Shown piece after piece: positions 25,642 to 37,907 of a stretch of DNA of 64,000 nt. This DNA comes from Podarcis melisellensis (taxonomy: Eukaryota). Positions within the stretch are counted from its first letter, which is position 1; the number at the start of each line of letters is the position of its first letter. Position numbers and translations under genes: made by a program. The DNA lies in assembly GCA_964234715.1 (NCBI GenBank), contig OZ174287.1, one strand, 5' to 3'. Below the pieces are notes generated by a model. It was not told where the DNA came from and made no database searches. It saw only the letters and a program-made list of their open reading frames with translations.

Positions 25642-28600
25642 TCTTAAAGTAACAGGTCCTCACCCCCACCCCGAATGCCTTTCCACATTCGAAACTCACA
25701 GGGGCCGTTGAGCAAAGTCAATGATCCTGATTCGAATCTCCACAAAGGCTGTTGGCCCCCTTTGTTGGCCAATCCACAAGCTGTGTCTCCCTTAAGAACA
25801 GCAGAGCATTTTCAAATCATAATTCAAAACAGAGTGCCGCAGAGAGTCCCCTGTGAGACGGACTTTGAAAGGTGAGGGCTAAAGTAGTCCTGGAAAGACT
25901 TTGGAGGAAGAAGAGGAAAGAGCAGACCTGACATGGAACAGAGAATGTAACAGGGGCCATTGGCATATTCACTTGCGGTGGAAGAGCAAAAAGAAAAGAA
26001 AAAGGTAAGGGAGATGAGAGAGGCAAGAGATGTTCATTTCTGAAAGTCAGATTTCTAGTCCTCAGGATTACGGAGGTACGTTTCAAAGTTTGTGGTTGTG
26101 TTGATGAAACTTCTAGGGTTTAGCAAAGAGAGGGTTGTACCCAGTGCTAGTTGTACTCAGAGGAGACTCAATCGAAATTGGTGACTCCAAGTTAGTCATG
26201 TCCCTTAACTTTAAGGGGCCTGTTCTGAGCAGGGTTTGTCTTGGCTGCAACCCAGAATGTCTGGGCCATGCATGATCGCTAGGCCTTCCTTGAGGTTTCA
26301 AGGCCTGGTTATGGCTTCCCTGCCAATGCGCTCTCTACTTCCCACTCAGCCGTATCTTTCCTCCCGCACGACATCTCTTGCGGAAATAATAATAATGCAG
26401 TGTTTGCATTTTAAAAATAAATCAATCATCAAATTGACCAGTGCAAATATAGGATGTTGCAGCTGTGTGGATATGTAGGACATTACGTCCAGTTTCACAT
26501 ATTTTGGGGGGAAAGGGGAAGGGTTCCCCATTCTTGCTGGTTCTTGGAGGGGGGAGCTCACCATGACTGCCCTCTCCCTCCTCCAGCCTCCCCCAAAACA
26601 GCTGCCATTGAGATGGAGGGATTTTTCCAGCTTTCACCCCAAAGTGATGGTGCATGGAGCTCGCCCCTCTGCTTTGTGCTAATTTTGAGGGTGTTTCCCC
26701 GGCAACCGGTGATTGATGATGTCAGAGATAAATGACGCAGACAGGGCCCTCCTGGCGTCTGCAGTGCCTAGTTGTCATGGCTCCCGACTGTAATGGGGGT
26801 GGGGGCGGAGGGAACCCCACTTCGCCATGACAACTCCAAGGGTGAGATTAATAAACCCTTGGGGTGGGGAAATAGCAGATTGATCCAGTCGAAAGGGAGG
26901 GCTGGATGGGTGGGGAATCGGTGGTTGATCTGGGACATTGGCGGTCCTGCCCTCCCCAACCCCTTTTGCCTTTTAGGTGAGAAACAGGATAATGAAGAAA
27001 TAGGGCAATCAGGAAGATGTGGGGTGGGGCAGGCATTATTCTGGCCTAGTCCCGGCCTTGCTCTCCACCCATTTTTGCTGAGTAGCAATATATAATCCTG
27101 GAGTCCCTTTTTAATGACCACAGTCCATCTGTCGCCCCTGGAGATGTTCTAAGGGAGAGAAAGATGACTTTGCTGACCAAATAATAGCCAGCAGGAGGAC
27201 GACTCTCGTTGAATTCAGGTACAGAGCTAAGGCAGGGCAGGAGCCGATGTCTTCCTGAGATGTAGAGCCACTCTTTTTTCCAGGGAGGAAGGGAATTCAA
27301 GTACAAACCAAACTGAAATGTTTGTTAGGGAGCGGGCGCAGAAAATGAGGAACGCGGGGGCACCTTTCCCAAATCTGCTTTTAAGATCCGCCAACAACAC
27401 ACACACACACACACACACTTCTCCTTGTGCCAGCTGCTTTTTCTCCCCCCCCCAGCCCCTATGTGATGATGGATGCAGTATTTCCCCCCCGCCCCAACTG
27501 CTTGTCTGGACTGCGCTTTATTGAATTTGCCAAGCAGACATGACTGATTTCCGAATTATCCCCCTCCCTCCCGCCCCCACCTCCTCCCTCAGGCAGGGCG
27601 GTGAAATGTACCAGCCCACTGTGAGCGAAAGACTCATCTGGCGTTACCGCCGCCTCACAATTTGTATTTATTTTATTAATATATAGATATAAGTGTGTGT
27701 ATGTTTTTAAGGAAAAAATAAACCCCAAAAGGGTACACACCAACCATGCATTCCCACATGACTTCCTCCAGGAATTATCCTACTTTTGAGTCCTATGCAA
27801 GGATATAATACCACAAGAGAGACCAAAAAAAAAACCATACACAAAGCTTTGTGCTTGCCTTGATAAATCCCTTCCACGCAGAGGCAACGCCACAAATCTG
27901 ATGCATGTGGCCACGTCTTGTTTAGCAGCCCTTGGGTCTTAGTTCTGTAATTTGCGAACAGTTTTTTGTTCTATGTAGGTTAATTAAATTAGTTAAGAGG
28001 CTCTGGTTTGACTTTCTTTTGTCTGCTTGAATTTCTAGCCCCTTCTCATGTTTAGGGTTCCTGGCAGGTTAGAGAGAGAGAGAGCTGCTCACGGGAAGAC
28101 ATGTAGGAAACAACCCATTTCAGATACCTTGGCACAACATAACAAATGTTTAGAGCTCTGCTCCCTTTGCTAGCTTTCTCCCCCGCCCCCCAATGTGCCA
28201 ATAAACAGCTTGTGCAGAGAAGGTTGTAAACACTTCCTTAAGAGATTTGGGCGTTGGCAAGTTTCCAGTGGAAGAGAATTCCACTCTTAGTTTGCTGAGT
28301 GGATGGTCCTCATGAGGACGACGCCCCTGGTAGGTCTTAGGGAGCACTAATGTAGGGGAGGAAGACATTTCAGGAACTAATGGCTGAAAGTGGAGCAGGT
28401 CAAACAAGGCACAGGTTAGGATGGCAGGCTAGCTTAGGTCTGGAGGGTTGCCTGTTCTCCTTTCCCTTGATGGGGTTGCACTCCCCCTGAAGGAAAATGC
28501 CTGCAATCTCATGTTCACTTGGACCCTTCTTTTCTGTTGGGTTGATAGATTTTTGTGTGCGCATGTGCAGGGCCTTCTCAGTGGTGATTCTCAAGCTCTG

Positions 28601-30305
28601 GAATATGTGCCTCCAGAGCAGGCACCTCAAACTGACATTTCTTGACATTTCAGCTGCTGGTTAAAGTTTCATTGATCGTGAAGAAGGCTCTTTCTTAACG
28701 GCGGCTGGTCATTTTTATACTAAGCACGTCTTTCTCTTTTCGCTTTGTTCTTTGATAACTATTTCTAAGCATCTCTGTGATTTTTTTGGAAATGACTTTT
28801 AAAAACTGTGATGATTGAATGTGATCTCAGGTGCTGCTTTTTTTGGCACCAAGGGGAAAAAGGTATAGAAGTGCTGAACTAAACAAACAGACTGAGATTG
28901 GAAGTAAGAATATAATGGTTAAATATTTCTGGGAGCAAAGAAAACCACACTTAGCTGGATAAATGAATGGTTTCTGTTGCTTCGGCTGCCAGTCACTGAG
29001 CTCTGGAAAGGACACACATGCATGTGGGTATGTGGGCCCACACACATGCTCCTTTGGACATATTGCATGCACACACATCCGTCATGAGGCCAGGTTGTGT
29101 CTTCCTAGCTTCCCAGGGGCATGAAAAGCTGCCACATAGTGAACAAGATGTCTTGTGGCATGTTGTGGCACCAAGTAAATGATTTGGTGAATGAATACAT
29201 TCTGTTTGCATTCCAGGACTAAGGTAGGATTGGGAACGGCTCCAGTTTACTATAGGGGCAGGTAGGGGAGGTGTCTCCCTCCCTCCTCTCCTGCAACATC
29301 TAGTTGCCAACCAGTGTTAGAAACTCAGCTATATAAGCTAGGTGCCGAATGCCTCTTTAAACCAGTCACCAAAACGGAATGTCTAGTTGCCTTTTGGTGG
29401 TCCAGACAGCTCGAAAGTCGTATTTTTCAATGAAGCTTTTTGGTTCCTGAAATCCCATTCTGATTGTGCAGATAAAAAATCATGGGTAGAATTCTACAGG
29501 ATGTGTTCAGCTAGTGTGTTAAAACAGTCAAGATCCAAGGATCCCCAGGCATGCACCTCCAGATGGTGGAGGCGTCAGGCACCTTCACTTGGTCGCAGCA
29601 AGTGGCCGATGGCCAGGTGCCAAATGCACCTGGCAAATTCCGAACGCTGTTGTGATCACTTTCTTGGGACTTCAGGAGCTATTCGATCTGCAGGCCCACT
29701 TTCAGTTTGCAGGCTCACTCTCCAGCGTAACACACAGTGGCCTGGATTGGGAAGGCTGATCTGTCGGTGGAGCTAGAGCAGGGCGGACAGCCAGTAGAAG
29801 GATGCTGAGAGACGACAATCAGCGGAGGCATTTTTGTTGTATTTGCGTGGCTTTGTTTCTTGGATGCCTTCCTTGCGGAGGTGGTGGAGCACCCTTCATT
29901 TGTAGAAGGCCCCGGGTTCAATGGCCATCTGTCTTGGATGCTTTAGTTGAGATTCCTGCATTGCCATGGGTTGGGGGGCCTTCCAGCTCTTTGATTCAAT
30001 CCCTGCAGGTAGGGCTGGGAATACCCCCTGCCTGCCTTAAATCCTTGAGGTTGTGTTGACAGTAACAGAGCTTGATGGACCAGTGGTGTGACTCAGTATC
30101 AGACATCTCAAGTGCATTTCTTTTTCCATTTATCGTTGTTGTTGTTGTTGTTGTTATATAACGAATCACAAATAATGGCCATGGCCAAAGATGAGGAAGG
30201 GTGGGTTGGTTCTCCCTTTAGGGCTCTTCTTGATTTCTCACTCTCTCGGAAAGCGCCGGTCCTCACTTTTGCGATCCTCTCTTCTTTGCTTGCCTTCCTC
30301 TCCAG

Positions 30306-30466
30306 CCGTCCGGAACGACAGGAACAAGAAGAAGAAAGACGCCCCCAAGCAGGAATGTTCGGAGAGCTACATCATCACGCCTGAGGTGGAGGACCTCATA
30401 GAGAAAGTGCGCAAAGCCCACCAGGAGACCTTCCCTGCCCTCTGCCAGCTGGGCAAGTACACCACG
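30306..30466 (+). CDS. RARA: RARA exon 5 (hinge and start of the ligand-binding domain)
   Basis: ctccag acceptor. Encodes (S)[59 protein letters not shown] donor. 161 nt. Confidence 0.97.
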
Positions 30467-30754
30467 GTGAGTGGCAACCCGAGAGAGGCAGTGGGAGGGA
30501 AGTGGGAGCTGGAAGTGTTGATTGGTGCAGTTGGCGGGAAGGTGGGAACCATAGGCAGTCAGCTGGGGTGGGGAACCCCAGCTGGGGCTATGATACCGCC
30601 CAGTGTGGCGCTTGAACCCATGATCCTGAGATTAAGTGTCTTGTGCTCTACTTGTGCTGGACAACTCCCTGAAATTCCTCTACAAAAACAAAACAAGCCA
30701 TAACTCTGCAACCTTGATCAGTTTTGCTAGTTGAGCACCTTAGTCCTTGCTGGT

Positions 30755-31402
30755 TTGCTTTTCCAACTCCACCTGGTACGCAGGCTGAGACCCTACCTGC
30801 CCGCGGACTGTCTTGCCATAGTGGTGCATGCTCTAATTATCTCCCGCTTGGACTACTGCAATGCGCTGTATGTGGGGCTACCTTTGAAGGTGACCCGGAA
30901 ACTACAACTAATCCAGAATGCGGCAGCTAGACTGGTGACTGGGGGCGGCCGCCGAGACCACATAACACCAGTCTTGAAAGACCTACATTGGCTCCCAGTA
31001 CGTTTCCGAGCACAATTCAAAGTGCTGGTGACCTTTAAAGCTCTCAACGGCCTTGGTCCAGTATACCTGAAGGAGCGTCTCCACCCCCATCCTTCTGCCC
31101 GGACACTGAGGTCCAGCGCCGAGGGCTTTCTGGCGGTTCCCTCATTGCGAGAAGCAAAGCTACAAGGACCAGGCAGGGGGCCTTCTCGGTAGTGGCGCCC
31201 ACCCTGTGGAACACCCTCCCATCAGATGTCAAAGCGATAAACAACTACCTGACATTCAGAAGACATCTTAAGGCAGCCCTGTTTAGGGAAGTTTTTAATG
31301 CATGATATTTTAGTGTATTTTTGGTTCCTGTGGAAGCTGCCCAGAGTGGCTGGGGAAACCCAGCCAGATGGGCGGGGTACAAATAATAAATTATTATTAT
31401 TA
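30755..31402 (+). mobile_element. L2 LINE, 5'-truncated (ORF2 C-terminus + 3' UTR)
   Basis: Translates as VHALIISRLDYCNALYVGLP...LQLIQNAAARLVTG...HITPVLKDLHWLPV, the diagnostic L2 ORF2 end. Frameshifted near its end. 3' stem-loop region and (ATT)n tail present. Confidence 0.92.
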
Positions 31403-32312
31403 TTCCATTGCTTTCCCTCTGAAACTGCCTTTTGCAGAGTCCAGACTAATTGTCCGTTCATTCCACATGGAGCAGCTCTTCAGAATCTGAGGCAGAGAAA
31501 AGGTCTTTCCACATCACTTCCTTTGTGGTCCTTTTAACCAGGGATGGAATCTGAGATATTTGCAATGGCCCTTCCGCTAGCTGGACTAGGCAGCCCCATT
31601 CTCCTTGCTCCTGAGCTTCCCCTGGGCCCTTGCCACATTACTTAGGCTCCTCTATCCAGCCACAAGGGCAAGGAACCTGCTTGTGTTGTTTTATAAATAC
31701 ATCCCATCTTTTAGTTACAGGGCCTACGCAAGGCAGCTTCCAGGACTGCTCAGGTGAAAGCTGAGTGTCTCAAGAGGAGCTGCTTAGTTAGGCCAGCAGT
31801 TCAGAAAGATGGCGAGACACAAGTCCCAGCCCGATATGTGCAGATGTGGCACTCATGAAATGTTCGTTCGCATTTGTAAAAGCTGTCCGTAGTTGGAAGA
31901 TGTTACTTTTAAAGCTAGCCCCCAAAATGACAGAGAAACACAAAAATATAATAAATTCTTCTCCTCACCTGTGCCTGGATTTTATGTTTTCGTGTATTGT
32001 TGTCACTGTTTAGAGGTGTTTATTCTGTATATGTTACATTGGAATACTACTTGTTTCTTAAAATAAAAAGGTTTTTAAAGAAAAAAAAATGTAAAACGTG
32101 ATCAAGTCATGTACTTCACGGGAAGGCAAGGTGGCCAGACAGTGTAGCCAGAGAATCTATTTCTTCTTAATCTTCCAATTCAATTGAGGCGGGGGTGGGC
32201 TGGAATCCACCCCCCCCCCTTTGTTCCCATCTCAAATGCATTCAGCTCTCCCTCTTTTCCTCTCCGTCTTTTCATGCTGACTTTCTGGTCTCTTCTCCTC
32301 CCTGCTCCACAG

Positions 32313-32489
32313 AACAACAGTTCGGATCAGCGGGTCTCTCTCGACATCGACCTGTGGGACAAGTTCAGTGAGTTGTCCACAAAGTGTATCATCAAGACAG
32401 TCGAATTCGCCAAGCAGTTGCCAGGCTTCACCACACTCACCATCGCTGACCAGATCACGCTCCTGAAAGCCGCCTGTCTAGACATCCTG
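32313..32489 (+). CDS. RARA: RARA exon 6 (ligand-binding domain)
   Basis: ccacag acceptor. Encodes [59 protein letters not shown]; the SELSTK and AKQLPG motifs are alpha-type. GTGAGT donor. 177 nt. Confidence 0.98.
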
Positions 32490-32674
32490 GTGAGTCCCAC
32501 CCCTCCTTCCAACAGGGGCAAGTCATTGGAATCCTTGAACCTATAGGGCAGACATCTTCAGCCTCCTCAGAACCAAAGAACCCTTTTCTTTTTATCATTA
32601 TGGTGGCCGTGCTGCCATTGCTATCCACCCTAGATCATTCCACGGTCCAGTAGTGAATCCCCAATGCATTAGTG

Positions 32675-32811
32675 CAGTGTCTCCCAAAGTTGGGTCTTCA
32701 ACTGTTGCTGGACTACAATTCCCATCACCCCTAGCTTAGCAGGACCAGTGGTCAGGGATGATGGGAATTGTAGTCCAAAAACAGCTAGAGACCCAAGTTA
32801 GGGAAACCCTG
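32675..32811. mobile_element. 137-bp hAT MITE (same family)
   Basis: Same core. TSD degenerate (cattagtg/gactagtc). Confidence 0.85.
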
Positions 32812-33073
32812 GACTAGTCGAAGCATCTATGCTATAGGGGGTAGAGGTGCCTGAGTACATGAGAATTGTGGAGTTGGAAGGACTCTCAAGGGTCATTTAG
32901 TTCAACTGCTGCAATGTAGGAATCACAGCTGAAGAATCCTTGGCAGGTAAGCTATCCAGCCACTGCTTTAAAACCCCTCTGTAAGGAGAGTCCACAATCC
33001 ATTCCACTCTTGGAACAGCTCTCACCAGCAAAAAGGTTTTTCCTAAAGTATAGCCAGAACCTCCTTTCTTGTT

Positions 33074-33324
33074 CAGTCGTACCTTGGATCCTGAACAACT
33101 TGGTACTCAGATGTTTTGGCTCCCAAACACCACAAACCCGGAAGTGAGTGTTCCGGTTTGCGAACATTCTTTGGAACCTGAACGTTTGATGGGGCTTCCG
33201 TGGCTTCTGATTGGCTGCAGGAAACTCCTGCAGCCAATCAGAAGCCACATTTTGGTTTCTAAACATTCTTGAAAGTCAAACGGACTTCTGGAACGGATTC
33301 CATTTGACTTCTGAGATATGATTG
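33074..33324. mobile_element. Tigger-like MITE, older related family
   Basis: cagtcgtacctt...gagatatgattg ends. Internal palindrome gcttctgattggctgcagg/cctgcagccaatcagaagc. Confidence 0.7.
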
Positions 33325-33326
33325 TA

Positions 33327-33544
33327 CAGTGGTACCTTGGGTTAAGAACTTAATTTGTTCTGGAGGTCCAATCTTAACCGGAAACTGTTCTTAACTTGAG
33401 GTACCACTTTAGCTAATGTGGTCTCCCACTGCCGCCGCCACGCAATTTCTGTTCTCATCCTGAAGCAAAGTTCTCAACCCAAGGTAGTACTTCCGGGTTA
33501 GCGGAGTCTGTAACCTGAAGCGTCTGTAACCCGAGGTAGCACTG
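33327..33544. mobile_element. Tigger-like MITE family A
   Basis: TA TSDs; shares its left TA with the preceding element. Confidence 0.85.
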
Positions 33545-33679
33545 TAGTTTGAATTGATTGGTTTGGTTCCTCCTACCCTCTGAAGCAGCAGAAAACAAGC
33601 TTGCTCCATACTCTGGTTCTCATCTCTTAAAAAAAGCATACAAATGAACCCGTATCCACCACCTCATAGTAACCAATTA

Positions 33680-33904
33680 CAGTGGTACCTCGGGTTACAG
33701 ACGCTTCAGGTTACAGACGCTTCACATTACAGACTCCACTAACCCAGATATAGTGCTTCAGGTTAAGAACTTTGCTTCAGGATGAGAACAGAAATCGTGC
33801 TCCAACGGCACGGCAACAGCAGGAGGCCCCATTAACTATAGTGGTGCTTCAGGATAAGAACGGACCTCCGGAACGAATTAAGTACGTAACCAGAGGTACC
33901 ACTG
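33680..33904. mobile_element. Tigger-like MITE family A (opposite orientation)
   Basis: TA TSDs. TIR CAGTGGTACCTC/GAGGTACCACTG. Confidence 0.85.
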
Positions 33905-33981
33905 TAATAGCATTGCGGAATGTGGAAGGCATTGGGAGCCTCTGTGTGATGCATGCCTCTCCCCCGCATGCTCCTTCCTAG

Positions 33982-34206
<225 letters not shown>

Positions 34207-34292
34207 TGAGAGCAGGACCGATGTCCTCCATTCTCAGGGTTTGGTCAGTGGATGCATATAGTCATAATCATAGCTCTGCACTGTGTATGTAC

Positions 34293-34538
34293 AAGAAGAA
34301 TAATTTGGATTTGATATCCCGCTTTATCACTACCCGAAGGAATCTCAAAGGGGCTAGCATTCTCCTTTCCCTTCCTCCCCCACCACAAACACTCTGTGAG
34401 GTGAGTGGGGCTGAGAGACTTCAGAGAAGTGTGACTGGCCCAAGGTCACCCAGGAACTGCATGTGGAGGAGCGGGGAAGCGAACCCGGTTCCCCAGATTA
34501 CGAGTCCACCGCTCTTAACCACTACACCACACTGGCTC
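34293..34538 (-). mobile_element. Squam3-like SINE in RARA intron 7
   Basis: Same family. Confidence 0.85.
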
Positions 34539-36681
34539 TCTCTGTATGTGTGTGTGTATTGTCCCTCAAACCCTGATAATCAGACAAAACTAAAGTTTTG
34601 CAAAACCACAGCTTCTTCACCTGGGCCCCTCCAGAGTTCCCTCAGAAGACACATGGATTGTTAAACCACTCATGAGATTTGTAGCTTTACGGGGGAAATA
34701 ATGGTCTCAGCAGCCTTAACAAACTACATTTCCTTAAAGTGGCGTGATGTTGCTTTAAACATTGAGTGCCGATGGGGCCTTGGGGAGGGAACAGGCCAGA
34801 TTCTCCTAGAATTCAGATTTTAGGATTCTCCTTGCACTCAGAAGTGTTAAGTCCAGTTCCCCAGTGTTGGTTTCTTAAGTTGGTTTTTGTTGTTTCCCTT
34901 AGGCAAGTGTTCCCAGAAGTGAATATTTGTAGTGATGGAAGCAGTCCAAAACTGTTTGCTTGAAATGAGAATCGCTTAAGGAAGACCTAATAAAAAAGCC
35001 AGTTTATAACGGCCATTGGAATCCTGTAGCAAACATTTCCCTGAACCATTCCATCTAAATTTCTGTGACTTTTTCTCCCATCTTCCTTTAAAGCAAAACA
35101 AAGTAACTCCTTGGTACATAGACCAAACGTGTCAAGAGTTTGGTCTCGTTCTCTCCCTGATAAGCTATTTATTCATGTGCAGGGATTTTTGTTGAATTTT
35201 ATTATTGCAGCCTGAAGTAGGGTTAAAAGACCAGGAAATCATTTGCCATTTGCAGCTCCTGAATGTTAAAACTCTTAAGCTTGAGACTCAGCCACGGGGC
35301 TTTGAGTCTCCCAAGGCAAAATTATATTCACATGAACAAGGATGGTTGTAAGCCTGCCCTCCTCCACAGGGGGTCTATGAGTGATGTTATATTTATTTTA
35401 GAGCAAAGTATTTGGGTGCAAACCCCCCCCCCAAAAAAAGAACACTACAGATGCTGAGAATTGAGACCCCTGTGCCTTTGCACCAAAATACTGTTTCCAA
35501 GGTTCCTCTGAAGCAAGGGGAGATAGTTCTTGGGCCTTTCTTCACCCGATATTGTTCCTTTAGAAACATTTTTGTTGACTACGATCTGTGAATTATCGCA
35601 AACCCTTGCACGTCTTATATTTTGCCAGGGCTTTTTCAATAGGGGACATCCCTGTCCAACAGCACCATCTGGTGGCAGGAAGTTATTTTGGTGGGAGGCA
35701 TGAAACTTTTTACTTACTTTTTTGAAAGCTTTTGATGAACGAGAGATTTTTGCAAGGTTCAGCAGTGGGGAGGAGAGATGGGGTTGCCTTCATGCGCTGT
35801 GAGGTTCAGAATATTTTCAAACACCAATGCTAATGACTGAAAGGTTAGAGGAAGCTTGTTCCCCACATTGGTGACAATGTTGTCGGGGAACCCACATGCA
35901 CTGACTTTTACTGTGCAAAAACCACATGCGCAGTTGCGATCTGTAGCTTTTAAGCATGCGCCAGTTGCACACCATGACACTGGAAAGTCACAACTTTCGC
36001 TGGCAGGCGCCTTTTGCAAAACAGACCTATGGTGCGATCATCACATGCAGCAAGCAACATGTGTGGTGGTTTTTTTTTTGTGGGTGGTTGTGGAGTTTTT
36101 TTAGAAGTGATTTGGGTGTAGGAAACCCCATTGTGGCCCTCAAGTGTGAGATGTAACCCATACCCTAAGGCAAATTCATTTGTGGAGCCTGGGGCTTAGA
36201 ACAAGAGAAGGACATTGAAAACAAAGGAAAACCGTGGTCTCAAAACGCAGCAGCATGTGTGAATTCTGTATTTGTATGGTTCCACCCGCTAGAAATTTTC
36301 TAGGCTTGTCTGGAACGCAGTGGTTCCCACCTGGTCTCGTGATCATGGGGTGTGTGCTTCTTTTCCACAGGTGTGAAAGAAGAAACTGCAGCTGTGTAAC
36401 TTCTGCCTGTTGTGCATCTTTTAAACGTGCAAAGCAATTGGGAGGGGGAGGGAATAATATCTCTCATAGTTTCAGAAGTGATTTTGGCCATGGGTGTGGG
36501 TGTGTATCCATGTATTGTGATGCATGCATCAATAAATACAACACAAATTCCCTGTTAGGTTCATAGACAATGGCTCTTACTAGGCACATTTTTCTCTTAT
36601 TTTTTGTATTCTGAGTGTTGTGCAGATGTATTTTTAGCCTGTTGTTTTTCTAAATGCCTGCCCTCCCCTCCCTCTGCCCAG

Positions 36682-36840
36682 ATCGGCAAGACCTGGAGCA
36701 GCCGGACCGTGTGGACAAGTTGCAGGAGCCACTGCTGGAAGCCCTGAAAATCTACGTGAGGAAGAGGAGGCCTAGCAAGCCCCACATGTTCCCCAAGATG
36801 CTGATGAAGATCACGGACCTGAGAAGCATCAGCGCAAAGG
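36682..36840 (+). CDS. RARA: RARA exon 8 (ligand-binding domain)
   Basis: gcccag acceptor. Encodes (D)[58 protein letters not shown] donor. 159 nt. Confidence 0.98.
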
Positions 36841-37119
36841 GTGAGGGCAGGGCTCCGGGTTCTGCACAGGGAGTCTCTCTCTCCATTTTTAGATGCGCAC
36901 TAGAGACTTGAAACGTGCCTAAAATGCCTAAAAACTCCCAAGCGTGAATGCAGCAGACAGGTATTCAAAAGCATCTGCTAGAGATTCCTTGCAGCTCCCT
37001 GACAAGAGTGTGTGACCCGGGGGCAAAGCAAGGATCATCCCATTATTGAGCTGTCCAGTGCAGGGCGAGGAGGGGAGGCTCAGCAAAAAGGTGGTGTGAG
37101 TTATGTTCTCCTCCCACCC

Positions 37120-37655
37120 AGACATGGACTGGCTGGATGCAGAGGAATGGGGGGGGGGGAGGCACCATCTGGAGAACCCCTAAGGTGAATCTCCAGAGGA
37201 AGGAGGCTCAGAACCAGGGGATTGGTGGTGGGGTGACTATGAGTAGCCAGAGGGAGAAGAGGGGTCAGACTGGGAGGAGATGTTGGAAGCAGAAGAGGCA
37301 ACAGGGTTTAGTGAGCAGGAGGAGGCTGTGGCAGAGAGCAGGCTGGAGGCAGGCTGCTGAAGAAGCCAGGGCGTCTTCCCCTCCTGCAAGTACCCACCTC
37401 CCCTCCTCCCGAACCAGAAAAGGTATGAAGAGAGCAGAGCAAAGACAGGCAAGGCGTCAGAATCTCAGATTGCTTGGGGCCTGGGGGAGGGAGGAGTCTT
37501 AGAGAGCTGTGGGAAGACGGGGACCTTCAGTCCTCGCAACTGCCTCCTTTGGGCAAGACCTACAGAGAAGAGTTTCTGTGCTGACTGGGCCTAGTCTGCT
37601 AAGCTGCCCTTTGAATAAAGAGTTAACTTCGCTGACTTGGCACCTACCTCTGGCA
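37120..37655 (+). mobile_element. Solo-LTR-like purine-rich repeat in RARA intron 8
   Basis: About 530 nt, GA-rich, compositionally distinct from its flanks, with AATAAA at 37614-37619 near the 3' end as in an LTR R region. Resembles lacertid LTR-type repeats as I recall them. Exact TG...CA ends and TSD not resolved. Confidence 0.5.
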
Positions 37656-37692
37656 TTAAGTCGCCTGTCTGCCTCGCCCCCCCCCCCCGCAG

Positions 37693-37907
37693 GTGCCGAA
37701 AGAGTGATCACGCTGAAGATGGAGATCCCTGGATCGATGCCGCCGCTGATCCAGGAGATGCTGGAGAACTCGGAAGGCATGGACACTTTGGGGGCCTCAG
37801 CGGGAGCCCCGTCACGCATAGGAAGCCTCGCCCCCCCTCCGGGAAGCTGCAGCCCCAGCCTCTCCCCCAGTTCCAACAGAAGCAGTCCTGCCACACATTC
37901 GCCGTGA
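37693..37907 (+). CDS. RARA: RARA exon 9, coding part (helix 12/AF-2 and F domain, to stop codon)
   Basis: C-rich tract + cgcag acceptor. Encodes (G)[28 protein letters not shown]...[26 protein letters not shown], the RARA-specific C-terminus. Exons 3-9 join in one frame. Confidence 0.97.

Larger units (their letters stand above)
32858..33615 (-). mobile_element. CR1 LINE 3' end interrupted by two Tc1/mariner MITEs
   Basis: Reverse CR1 tail (gagttggaagg...gggtcatttagttcaac) runs to about 33072 and resumes after 33546. Confidence 0.6.

Noticed and set aside
30731-31192. 153-aa ORF as a host gene or active retrotransposon
   Set aside because: It is the C-terminal remnant of L2 ORF2, 5'-truncated and frameshifted, with no RT catalytic core.
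32890-32904. DR3-like GGGTCA-ttt-AGTTCA
   Set aside because: Lies in a decayed CR1 tail and has VDR-type spacing rather than a RARE spacing. No other support.
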